From positions 12,896,001 through 12,960,000 of the forward strand of contig OX597832.1 in NCBI GenBank assembly GCA_951406725.2: a DNA stretch of 64,000 nucleotides. Reading direction: 5' to 3'. Below, piece after piece: positions 43,143-55,111 of the stretch. Within the stretch, counting starts at the first letter, position 1. Every line of letters starts with the position of its first letter. The notes below the pieces were generated by a model. That model saw nothing but the letters and a program-made list of their open reading frames with translations, was not told where the DNA came from and ran no database searches. The DNA comes from Octopus vulgaris. Lineage: Eukaryota. The position numbers and the translations under genes were made by a program.

Positions 43143-43594
43143 ATAAACATATAAAATATTGAAATACGAATATATAGTGCGTGTGTTTATTTGGCAAAAC
43201 AAAGATCGATTGATTGTCAACGGGTAACTATGTAAGTAAAATGAATTCCAGCACGCTTAAGTTTTTACGCTGTATTTATGTATTTCTCAAAATTTTAGAG
43301 TTTTACTATATTAGATATCATGATATAAGACGTATCATAACATGTGCCTTAGCATGAAATGTAATTTTTGTAGAATTGTAAAACTGAAAAATATCAAAAC
43401 AAACGGAAAAACATGTTGAAATTTCATTTAATTGTGTGTATGTGTGTGTGTGTGTGTGTGTGTAGCGAGAGAGATAGAACGATAGATAGACATACAAATA
43501 AATAGAAAAGTATGTAACAAGATAGGTAGGTAGGTATATCTATCTACCATAGCTAGCTAGATAGATAAATAGACAGATAGATAGATAGATAGAC

Positions 43595-43663
<69 letters not shown>

Positions 43664-43664
<1 letters not shown>

Positions 43665-43825
43665 GTTTCTTTATTGGCCACACAGGGCTGCACACAGATG
43701 GGACAAGTTACAAGGTAGAGCTTTTCTTTTGGGGGATCAAAAAAAGGGGGTGGCGTAGGTTTTCGATCAAGAGGGATCGTAAAAGGGAAGAAAAGAACAA
43801 AAAGAAAATAATAATTAAAAAAAAA
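43664..43825 (-). mobile_element. Short 3'-end copy of the Tx1-like element
   Basis: Near-identical to 47531-47707; flanked on both sides by long (GATA)n tracts. Confidence 0.88.
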
Positions 43826-43898
43826 GATAGATAGATAGATAGATAGATAAATAAATAGACAGATAGATAGATAGATAGATAGATAAATATACAGATAG

Positions 43899-43980
<82 letters not shown>

Positions 43981-44447
43981 GGACAGTGTTATAGGTAATA
44001 AGTAACATGGTGTAAAGCAGTGTAAAGCCGAAGTATACAGATATGTGTATATGTATACGTATGTATGCTAGTCTGTATACGAGTATGCGCGCGCATGTGT
44101 GTATACATATGTATGTGTATGTGTCGCCGTTTGAGTGCATGTGTGGTCGTGCCTGTACGAGACTGTATGTGATTTTGAAGAATTGTGATTTTGTGAAAAT
44201 ATGTTTCTGTACACATTTTCTAAGAAAGAGCTCTGCAGCCAATACTATTATACACGTTTTACTGTAATATATATTAGTTTTCAGTAATGACATTTACTAC
44301 CGTTTTCCATTGAGATTTCGCACGATAGACTCTTAACAGTTTTGTAAAGTCAGTCAAGGTAAATCACATTCATACACGCAGACTCATATACGTTCAGTAC
44401 CTGACAGCACACATACTCACGCAGAGATTCACATATACACATAAATG

Positions 44448-44451
44448 TATA

Positions 44452-44517
<66 letters not shown>

Positions 44518-44585
44518 TATATTACATATCATAGTATAAATTATGTTATATATATATGAATACATACACATATATGTTTATATGT

Positions 44586-44628
<43 letters not shown>

Positions 44629-44741
44629 TATACACATGTATATGATATATATATATATATATATATACATATATATATTACATATCATAGTATAAATTAT
44701 GTTATATATATATGAATACATACACATATATGTTTATATGT

Positions 44742-44786
<45 letters not shown>

Positions 44787-44957
44787 TATACACATGTATA
44801 TGATATATATATATATATATATATAATATATATACATATATATACACATGTATATGATATATATATATAGTATATATATATAGTATATATATATAGTATA
44901 TATACATATCGTATATATATATATACATATCGTATATATATATATAGTATATAAACA

Positions 44958-45023
<66 letters not shown>

Positions 45024-45025
45024 TA
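44448..45025. repeat. TA-rich low-complexity block with a ~155-bp tandem duplication
   Basis: TTACATATCATAGTATAAATTATGTTATATATATGAATACATACACATATATGTTTATATGTACTATAA occurs at ~44522 and ~44678. Confidence 0.88.
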
Positions 45026-46436
45026 CATGCATCAATTGTTATTCGTATTTTTAGAAACCTTCTAATTGAAAATAGATTAAATTCACGTGGCAGTTACTGT
45101 TACTTTCTTTCTACTTCCATATTTAAAAAAAAAACACTTTTAATATATTCCATAACGTAGATCTTACTGAAAGGATACAAATATGTAGGCATTTAAAAAT
45201 GTAGGTTGATATTGAGGTGAATTTTCAGTGAATTTGTAATATTGATTAAGAAATATTTTTTTTACATGTTGTGAATTGAATTTTTTTTTTTACGAAATCT
45301 CCTGCGCACCGAATATTGTATTTCGGATATACTCTCTCTCTTCCTCGAATCCTTTAACAATATCTATCTCTCCCTGTCTCTCTCACTGAAATTCTAATAT
45401 AAGTTATCACCTCTGAATCTTTCACCGAGCAAAAAAAAAAAAAAGAAAAAAAATTAAAAAAAATGAACTATCTTTTTCAACACTGGCAAAGCGATTTCTT
45501 TTCTACTCAAACTTCTCTCAAAATCCTATTTATTATTTCAGTCACCGGTTGTCAATAAATTGAGGTTGTTACATATATATGAAATGAAAAAAATATCAAA
45601 ACAAAAAAACAAAAGACAAGTGATAAATATCAAAAAGAATATATGAGAGTAAGAAAAGAGCATGAACCAGATAGAATATGGTTCCATATATATATATAGT
45701 ATAATTTAATTAACGTAACCACACGGATGCAATCGTATGTGTAGGCTAGTATGTGGTGGTTATCATTTAATTGTAGTGAAGAGAGACTTCTAATGAAAAA
45801 TAAAATTCATTTAAAGTATGTGATTTATTTGCTTAAAGTATTTGATCTCTTCATGGTAAAGGAATCTATTACATTTTAAAAAATATTTTTAGCGCGTAAG
45901 AGAAAATGTTATTGAAATGGAATTGCATCCCATACTATAAAAATAATTATATATCATTCATTTATTTAATAAGAATAAGTCTTAGATTTTAATGAAATAT
46001 TTTATAAAGAGAAGACAAGATTACAAAAAAAATTATCACTAATAATTTGAAATGACACGAAGAGTGTGGTTTTATTGCAATCAAAAAAGGAAGAGAAGTG
46101 ACAAAAATGTCAAGTCAGATGACTGCGGCAAAACCGGAAGTGGATGTCAGTTGCCCGTGCTTGATGCTATGTATAAGAATAGCTTCAAGATGGCCGATGT
46201 TTTTTTTCTTTCTTTCAGTCCTCAGTACCCAATCCCGTAGAGAAAATTCTGAGCTTGAAGGTAAAACCACATTTTATCCTATAGCTTCTATAGAAACTTT
46301 GGTTATTGTTGTCCTTATTATTATGATCATCATTCAATATATATATATATTCATCATAATTCTCATGATTCTACGCCAACCCCAAAGCTATCATTCATTA
46401 TGGATTTTCTGATAACACAAACTACGTTATAGATTT

Positions 46437-46474
<38 letters not shown>

Positions 46475-46492
46475 TATATATATGTATATAAA

Positions 46493-46548
<56 letters not shown>

Positions 46549-46635
46549 TATACTTTTTTTGTCATATTTTCTTTTACCGTCAGTTGCTGGTTTGTGATGC
46601 TAATCCATTTAATGTCATACTACGCACACACATAC

Positions 46636-46694
<59 letters not shown>

Positions 46695-46823
46695 GTATAT
46701 ATGTATGTATATGTATGTATATTCGCATATATATTCAGGAATTTTTGTTTGCTGAAAGCAAATTAGTTGCATAGATGTAGTGCATACAATTCTTTCGTGA
46801 TATACCGTTATAAAACAACGGTT

Positions 46824-46826
<3 letters not shown>

Positions 46827-46882
<56 letters not shown>
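46827..46882. repeat. (TTA)n microsatellite
   Basis: Directly visible. Confidence 0.95.
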
Positions 46883-46884
<2 letters not shown>

Positions 46885-47530
46885 TGCTATTATTATTTCT
46901 ATTGTTATTCTTATACTTTTGCCATCATTTTACGATTGATTTCTTCTGCGTCTTCCTGTTTCTTGGTATGGATTTAATTTTCATGTTATCTATAATATCA
47001 GTCGTAACGTATTGATGAATCTTCCCTGTGATTGATTTCACAGATGAGACATTTTGATCATCATGCAAATTTGCTTGCTTTTTCTCATTGCACATACATG
47101 GAAATGTCGTTCATAATCTGAGCAGATCGCTATCTGCACTATAAATATTTTACGTGTGATAAGGACATTAGGAATCATTGTCGAATTCATAAATGTCTCC
47201 CCTGTTGTTTGACTTCAATTCAAATGAGCTATTCTTAATCAAATAAACTTGTCTTAATGAGAAGTTTAAATATATACTATTGAAAATGCATCGTAATATC
47301 GTTTTTGACTACACATGTGAATTTTCTTGCATGCAAGAATGATGCAGACATACATACTTACAATGACAGATGCACACGCCACACAGTCTGACACACATAC
47401 GTACAAATAGATAGATAGATAAATAGATAGATAGATAGATATATATAGATAGATAAAAAGATAGATAAACAGAAAGACAGACAGATATACAGACATATAG
47501 ATAGGTAGATAAATGGATAGATTGATAGAT

Positions 47531-47707
47531 AAGTTTCTTTATTGGCCACACAGGGATGCACACAGATGGGACAAGTTACAAGGTAGAGCTTTTCTTTTGG
47601 GGGATGAAAAAAACAAAAAACAAAAGAAACAAAAAAAGGGGTGGCGTAGGTTTTCGATCAAGAGGGATCGTTAAAGGAAAGAAAAGAACAAAAAAAAAGT
47701 AAAATAA
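47531..47707 (-). mobile_element. Short 3'-end copy of the Tx1-like element
   Basis: GTTTCTTTATTGGCCACACAGGGATGCACACAGATGGGACAAGTTACAAGGTAGAGCTTTTCTTTTG is homologous to 47880-47946; flanked on both sides by (GATA)n. Confidence 0.88.
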
Positions 47708-47744
47708 GATAGATAGATAGACAGACAGACAGATAGATAATAGT

Positions 47745-47794
<50 letters not shown>

Positions 47795-47837
47795 CATAGC
47801 TAAATAGATAGATAGATAGATAGAAAAATAGATAGAC

Positions 47838-47878
<41 letters not shown>

Positions 47879-50080
47879 TGTTTCTTTATTAGCCACACAG
47901 GGCTGCACACAGATAGAACAAATTACAAAGTAGAGCTTTTCTTTTGAAGGTTTAAAAAAAAAAAACCAAAAAAAAAAGAAAAAAAAGGAAGGGGGAGTTT
48001 CGATCAAAAGGGATCGTAAAAAGAGAGAAAGAGGACAAAAAAAGGGGGTTAAAAAAAGGGGGTGAGGAAAAACAAAAAAAAAATCGATCAATAGGGATCG
48101 TTATCACAGAAATGTCAATATGAAGTGTAAAGGGGAGGACAGGTGAGGTTTAACCGTGGAAAGAAAAGCCTACGGAAAAGACCACGGTAACCTCGGTCAA
48201 TGGAGTCACATGTTATATTTCTTTTTTTTTTTTTTTTTGCGAATAAGCAACTCTCTGTTTTCAATTTCTGGGTTCATAGGATCATGCTCAAGGTGGCTTC
48301 GTCATTCATACGTGCCATTCTTGCTACATTCACCCATCTTTTTTAAAACATTCGCTAGACAAAACTTGCCTCTCTACTCTCACTTTCCTTTTCAAGTGGT
48401 ACTTGAAGAAGTTGATGAGAGATTGACCAGAGAGGAAAGTGTTTGTCTCCAATCCTTTCAGACGCGTCCACCAGATACATTCTTTCGCCATAGCCACAAG
48501 GATGATGAAAATAGCTCTTCCTTCCCGTTTGAAGGAAGGAGGCGTGACAATATTGACGATAGACTCAGCTGATAAACCGACTCGTCCCACACGTGACAGC
48601 AGTTGTTCGACATAAGCCCACAGGTCAGAAATTGTTGGACACTGCACGAGTGCGTGCAGAACGGTTTCGTCGCTCTGACCGCATCTCGGGCAGGTCGGCC
48701 CCGTGTTTCTCGAGCCGTGTCTGTAGAGCTTATCCCGAACGGGTAGCGCTTCTCGGTAGCACTGCCAGGCCATGGATCTCTGGAAGTTGTCCATGGGCCC
48801 TGGCCCGAAAGTCGTCCTGAACAGGCGGGTCAGGTACTCCTCGTCGACGTCCAGGTTCGCCCCGAGCTCGTCGTCGTACCTCCCTTCCACTAAACCCCTA
48901 TAGAATGCTTTGGTTGTGTTGAAGTCACTCAAGGTCGACCCAGGACGGCAGAGTTGCTTGAGAGCAACGCGACACTCGCGGTGCCATTCGCCCTTCCTCG
49001 GCCTCTTTTTGATCCACGACTGCAGTTCGGTCATGGAGACGAGCTGCGGGAAAGCGTGCCTCACAAACGGCGACCACACCTGTTCACCGTCGTCTACATA
49101 GAGCCAGAGATGTCGCAGTCTCAGCGCGTGTCTGCGCATCATCAACCATGGCATGCCCAGCCCTCCTTTTAACGGGTGTTGACAGCAAATGGATCGCCTG
49201 ACCATCGGGACGCATCCTTTCCACAAGAAGCGAAAGAGAATGCCTTGTAGTTTGGTGATGGTAGGGTCGGGACAAGGTACGACGGTCAGGCGGTAGTAGA
49301 TGACGGACGCGATGTACGTGTTCGCCACCTCCGCCCGACCTTTTAGGGACAGTTTCCTCTCGGCCCATTGCCGGGCGAGAGTGACCACCCTACTCGTTAT
49401 CTCGTTCCAGTTCTTCTCCACTTGGAGGTCCGGACCAAACCAGACCCCGAGCAACTCAACCGGGCCGTCGGTCCAGCGTCCCACGACGGAGGCGCTGGTG
49501 GACGGCATGGGCTTGCTTCTCCAGGTGCCTAGTCGCAAGCCCACTGACTTTTCCCGGTTGATTTTCGCTCCTGTCACCGCTTCGTAGTTTTTCAGTGTCT
49601 CGCCGACCTGCTCGATGTGCTCGTGGCTAGACACTATGACGGTGACGTCGTCCGCGTATGCAGACACGCTCGTCCCGCATCCCAGTTCTCGCGGGATGCC
49701 TCTCAAGGTTGCCAGCTTCCGCAATAATGGCTCGAGAGTCAATACGTATAGAAGCGACGAGAGGGGACATCCCTGACGGACCGAACGTGTGATGTCGAAG
49801 GGTCTCGATAGATGTCCATTAACGCGAATTACCGAACGGATGCCTCTGTACAAAGCGGCTATCCAGCCGCGGAAGACGGGACCGAAGCCAGCCGCTCCGA
49901 GGACCGCCTCCAAGTATCGATGGTCCACCCTATCGAAAGCTTTCGATTGATCCAAATTGATCAGCGCCCCACCCATGCCAGGTTCGTTAACTACCCTGTC
50001 TATGATGTAGCGCATCAGGTGGAGGTTGTCATGGATGGTCCGGCCTGGCACGGCGCATGTTTGCGCCTTGTCGACCAGTT

Positions 50081-50081
<1 letters not shown>
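47879..50081 (-). mobile_element. 5'-truncated Tx1-clade (L1 group) non-LTR retrotransposon with 3' UTR, inserted in (GATA)n
   Basis: ORF2 fragment with RT and zinc-knuckle motifs, then a ~400-450 nt 3' UTR, AATAAA and (TATC)n. The 5' end stops abruptly at 50081 against another (GATA)n tract. Markedly more GC-rich than its flanks. Confidence 0.92.
48330..50081 (-). CDS. Tx1-like ORF2 fragment: reverse transcriptase plus C-terminal CCHC zinc knuckle (no start codon; endonuclease lost by 5' truncation)
   Basis: Motifs QTCAVPGRTIHDNL, LDQSKAFDRVDH, VRQGCPLS, YADD, LSLKGR and CPRC..SDETVLHALVQC. The frame is open from the truncation point. A probable 1-nt deletion in the A-run near 48340 shortens the C-terminus. 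Confidence 0.9.
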
Positions 50082-50135
<54 letters not shown>

Positions 50136-50200
50136 ACAGATAGAGAGATAGATAAATAGATTGGCAGATAGATAGATAGATAGATAGATCAGACAGACAT

Positions 50201-50283
<83 letters not shown>
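50082..50283. repeat. (GATA)n tract at the 5' junction of the Tx1-like element
   Basis: Directly visible. Confidence 0.96.
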
Positions 50284-50284
<1 letters not shown>

Positions 50285-50552
50285 ACTGAGTGGTTGACTG
50301 ATTGATTGACAGGAATGTATTATATATATACGCAAATTACTTACATAGATTATATACACAGATTAGAAATGTAAATAATGGAATTCTTAATAGGATATTA
50401 TTTGCTGTCAATATATTTGTTACCCCGCTCTGATCGAATATAAAAATGTAACCTCGCCGGCTAATAGATAAGATGAGAAATGGTGGTGAAATGTGTGTGC
50501 GTGCGTGTAAGTGTGTCTATGGATATACACATACACACCAATGCACACACGC

Positions 50553-50612
<60 letters not shown>

Positions 50613-50614
<2 letters not shown>

Positions 50615-50813
50615 AGGTCCCGGGTTGATTCGGGGTTAACCACAGTAAGTAAGGTACTCAATACATAGCAGAGTAAAATTAATTTATTATATAGAAGGAG
50701 CTTCTACAGGACTAGTACTGTTTCATTCAAGAGAAATCTTCAGGAAGCTTCCTGAAGATTTCTCTTGAATGAAACAGTACTAGTCCTGTAGAAGCTCCTT
50801 CTATATAATAAAT
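50613..50813 (-). mobile_element. Penelope-like 3'-end element ending in a perfect 132-bp palindrome (50682-50813); each arm carries CTGAAGA..GAAACAGTA
   Basis: 66-bp arms with no mismatch, centred on AAG|CTT (50747/50748). Arm reads CTGAAGA-T-TTC tctt GAA-T-GAAAC a GTA, followed by AATAAA. Flanked by (TA)n on both sides. Confidence 0.7.
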
Positions 50814-50830
50814 ATATATATATATATATA

Positions 50831-50993
50831 TACGACAGGATTGCTTTAGTTTGCGTCTACCAAATCCATTCACAAGCTTTTGTTAAGCCCGAGACCATAG
50901 TACAAATCTCTTGCCTAAGGTGCCACGTAGTGGAGCTGAACCCGGAACCATGTGGTTGGGAAGCAAGCTTCTTATCACACAGTCACTCCTGCG
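50831..50993 (-). mobile_element. SINE family B 5' half
   Basis: Reverse complement of the family B head and core. Confidence 0.8.
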
Positions 50994-51092
50994 TCTCTAT
51001 CTCTCTATATATACGGATATGCCTACATGTATGTATATATATATATATGTATATATGTATAAGCACACATAAGCTATATATGTATGTATATA

Positions 51093-51149
<57 letters not shown>

Positions 51150-53231
51150 AAGCTAGAGGAAATGTGGAGATTGAGAGAGAGTGGAGATGTAGGTGGTAAA
51201 GTGTGTGTAAGTATAGACACGTGTATCGAGTGTGTGACCAATTAATGTTTGTAGGCGTAATCATCTCGTATAAAATGTCATGGAAGAGAGGACACGAGTG
51301 TAAAATAAAAGAGAAGGTAATAGGGATATAATGTTTAAGAGAAAACACAGGTATCCATAAGTGGCTTAAATAATTAGCATAATTAATGGAGTTAGAGAAA
51401 AAACAAAACGGAAAATATTTAGCGCTAACATACAAGGAAAAAAAAGGCGTGTGTGTGTGCACCCGCGCGTACGTGTGCCTGTTTGTGCGTGTGTATATAG
51501 ATACACGCACATATACAAACATATATATATATATATATATATCCACACATACATATATACATACATAAACACACCTATATATATATATATATTATCAATA
51601 ATTAAGGGTAAAATCAATTAGTTATTAATTAATTTCACCAAGTAGTGTACAGTATGTAAAAGGACCATTTAAGGCGAATTCAAAATAGTACGTTATATAT
51701 TAATGGCTCGTATGTGGCAAAGTAAATATATATGTACGTACACTCACATACATATGTATGCATATATATATCTGTGTGTAAGTATGTGTGTGTAATTATT
51801 TTATGAGTACATACTGAAGTTTTTTTTTTCTTGTGCATTTCATATATATCCCGTATGGTGGAATAATATATGTTTGTACCTTTTAAGAAATTTGAAAATT
51901 ACATTTTTAGTAAATGAAGACTTGGCTGCGATTAAATAACCTTAATCTACAAAAGCTTATCCTATGTGTTTGCATTAGATTAACTTCAAACTTCACTCTT
52001 CAACAAATTCCTGTGTGACCAGCGTAAGTCGTGCTGTCGTTACCGTGTCTGTATTTCGAAATAATGAATAGTGAATAGTTTTCTAAATATTCTATAGAGT
52101 ATGAATATGTAAATTACTGATATAGGTATATTGTTCGTGATTAGTGGTTTATTTACAGGAATAGAAGTATCAATATGCAGTTACGTTGGTTTGCTTATTG
52201 AGTAACATTCTGAAGACATTTTGATTGCATTATTTTACATCGCAGCACCGACCACATATTCAACCTTTTTTCTAAAAAGAAGATATAATGTCGTTCAATG
52301 TATGCGCAATTAAAACAAAAACATCATTTTTCTCTAAGGATATAAAGAAGCAAGCTAACACACACATACACACACACGTGCTTACACACCAACATGAAGT
52401 CACACTCACTTTTCACACACATTCTATTTCGCTTTCATTTTTCTCTCTGTTTAACTCTCTCAGCCTTATTCCCAGATATTGATCGAAAGTTTAATAGTAA
52501 ATATAGCAGAATTGAGAAAACTTAGACATGTAATAAAATAGTTTAATCCAGTCCAAGCGTGTGTAAATTGCTTCTGCTTTATTTCTAATCAATATTTCCA
52601 ATACTACATTAATCACCACAAGGCAAGGTTTATTTTGAGATAATTTATACATAATTGCTTTTGTTAATTTAGTTTTATTTTCACATATCTTCCCTCATAA
52701 AATAAAACAGCCACATATGTCAATAACTATAATACATACCAAATATATGTGTGTGCGAGTGTGTGTGATTATGTCTGTATTTATGTATGTATAGATAATG
52801 TCTGGCATTTATCAACGGTCAGTTTTAAGCGTATCAAATGAACCCACGAAGGAAAGTAACAAATCATTTCAAAATAGTTCTACTCATCAGTGTCATGTTT
52901 CAAATATACTGAAGGAAATAATAAATGATTTAGTTGTTCCTCATACACATAATATACTATGAGAAATGGTGAATCAAGGAAGCACATGCGTGTTCTCTAC
53001 CTAAAAGCTCTTGACAGTCACATTTGTTTTCATTAGCCAGGAAGATTAAAATACATAATGCAAGACTTCAACCTATGTATGTCAAAATTAAGGGCTGGTT
53101 ACAATCGTTTGAATAAACTATATACGATTTGGGAGACTGTAAATGTGCCAATGGAAAGGATTGGGGTGTATGCTTAAATGAATGTATGGATTTCATAGTG
53201 CAATTGCTCAGAAGCACTAAAGTGTGTAAGC

Positions 53232-53276
<45 letters not shown>

Positions 53277-53280
<4 letters not shown>

Positions 53281-53337
53281 TCCCGGGTTGATTCGGGGTT
53301 AACCACAGTAAATAAGGTACTCAATACATAGCAGAGT

Positions 53338-53343
<6 letters not shown>
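53277..53343 (-). mobile_element. Short second copy of the 50613 element end, inside (TA)n
   Basis: TAGGTCCCGGGTTGATTCGGGGTTAACCACAGTAAaTAAGGTACTCAATACATAGCAGAGTAAAATT matches 50614-50680 with one difference; (TA)n on both sides. Confidence 0.8.
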
Positions 53344-53386
<43 letters not shown>

Positions 53387-53460
53387 CATTACTGGTATAT
53401 AAGGCATAAATATCGGTGGGCGGGGGGCAAACGCAGTAACAAAGATGCACATACATAAAT

Positions 53461-53525
<65 letters not shown>

Positions 53526-53664
53526 CATATGTATATACAGCTATCTATATATATATATATATATAAAGTTAATCCAAACAAGAAAGCACAAACGAACACA
53601 ACAACACGAGGACGTGGAACAAATATAGTATTATTGGACGCTCAGGAAAGAAGGAAAGAAGGGG

Positions 53665-53700
53665 TGTTTAACGTTTCGAGCGGAGCTCTTCGTCGGAACA
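53665..53700 (-). ncRNA. Hammerhead-like motif with U4C change, inside a ~215-nt element (53565-53782) between (TA)n and (TACA)n
   Basis: Minus strand: UGUU-CCGACGA-A-GAGC ucc GCUC-GAAA-CGUUA-AACA. Palindromic ACGU stem III; stem I UGUU/AACA. Confidence 0.5.
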
Positions 53701-53794
53701 TAGGAGAAAGAAAGATCCAGAGAAGGGTAGACAGAGGAAAAAAATCGCCAACGGTACACACGAGGTCACATTTTGAAACACCTACATACATACA

Positions 53795-53870
<76 letters not shown>

Positions 53871-53949
53871 TGGGAAAAAAGCGTTCTCGAATACCAAAGG
53901 TGCTTATATCCGCATATACATATATACATATATCTTTATCATTTTTTGC

Positions 53950-54700
53950 TACTGGTTTCAACCCAGTCTGAGATCATGCTGTTACATCACCTGTAGTTTC
54001 TTGGTGTCTCTTCAGAGCGAGTACTATTGGCTACAACAGCCTCACTCCTTCCCTTCAGAAAATCATACAGACACTCCCCCAGTTTCCAGGTAATACCAAG
54101 GTTTCACACTTGTCGAATGCCTTGGCTAAGTCGAGGCATATCACATCCCTAGCTGACTGGTTTAGCTGTTGCTTCAGTACCCAGTCAAATGTGTGAGACA
54201 TCTCCTCCCTGGGCGGAAGCCATGCTGCGCGTTCGTGAGAAGGTTGTTTTATTCTAGGAACGTTATCAGCCTTTTTCTGACAATGCGTTCAATTGTCTTG
54301 GTAACACGTGAGGTTAGAGAGATGAACCTGTAGTTTTTAGCGACTGCTCTGCTCCCTCCTTTATGAACAGAGCACATTATTCTCTCTTGTAGCATGTTGG
54401 GAAGTTTACCACGTGCAAAGAAACTCTGAAAGAGCATCTGTAGTCGCTTTGCAAGACCGTTTTTACACGTCTTTAAGAGAACAACCGGGACTCCATCTAG
54501 CCCTGTTGCTGAGTTCGATCTCATCTCATCAATGATCGATATTACATCCACTTATGTTGTGTTGATGTAATCGATGGTTGCCTCTTTTCCGAATAGATTC
54601 ATTACAATAAAATCTCCTTGGTAATTTGCATACTTTCCAGTGGAGAAGTGAAAACATTTCGGAATTGTTTATTTAGTGCTTTATTTATCCTCCATTTTAG
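53950..54700 (-). mobile_element. Degenerate CR1/L2-group LINE reverse transcriptase fragment
   Basis: SATGLDGVPVVLLK..HKGGSRAVAKNYRFISLTSRVTKTIERIV..NNLLTNAQHGFRPGR..DVICLDLAKAFDKC..YDFLKGRSEAVVAN, with stops and frameshifts. Ends approximate. Confidence 0.85.
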
Positions 54701-54973
54701 AGAGCTTTTTTTATGAAATGGTGGTCCTATCTTATAGCGTTTTGAGGCATACTCCTTTGCCAACGTGTAGAAGGCTTTTGGATATCTTTTATAATTTCAA
54801 CTGCCCAGGTTTCTCTTTCTACTCTTTCTTTTCCATGGGAGATTTTGAGTTTCTTTACTATCTCAAAGACCTCCTCTGTGAGGTGAGATTTCACACTCTC
54901 ATTAAGGTGTTAGTTTAAATGATTCGAGATATTTATTCTCCGCTCCATGAGTATTCTCCTGTCACGAGTAATG

Positions 54974-55010
<37 letters not shown>

Positions 55011-55053
55011 CATATACACATATATATGTACAGCTTTACACACACACACACAC

Positions 55054-55109
<56 letters not shown>

Positions 55110-55111
<2 letters not shown>

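Larger units (their letters stand above)
42747..43338. repeat. Large imperfect inverted repeat (~240-260-bp arms, ~90-bp spacer) carrying hammerhead-like motifs
   Basis: Left-arm ATGATGCCTCTTATACCATGATATCT..TTGCCAAATAAACACACGCAC..TTGTCCGGAAATCTTTCGTCACACATCTGTAA is mirrored at 43112-43338. A third partial copy lies at ~42663-42747. Confidence 0.8.

Noticed and set aside
48156-50087. Overlapping plus-strand and alternative-frame ORFs over the Tx1 element
   Set aside because: Shadow ORFs expected in GC-rich coding sequence.
52855-52895. Minus-strand CTGATGA-GTAG aa CTAT-TTT-GAAAT
   Set aside because: Extra nucleotides before GAAA and a 2-nt loop; compatible with chance in AT-rich DNA.
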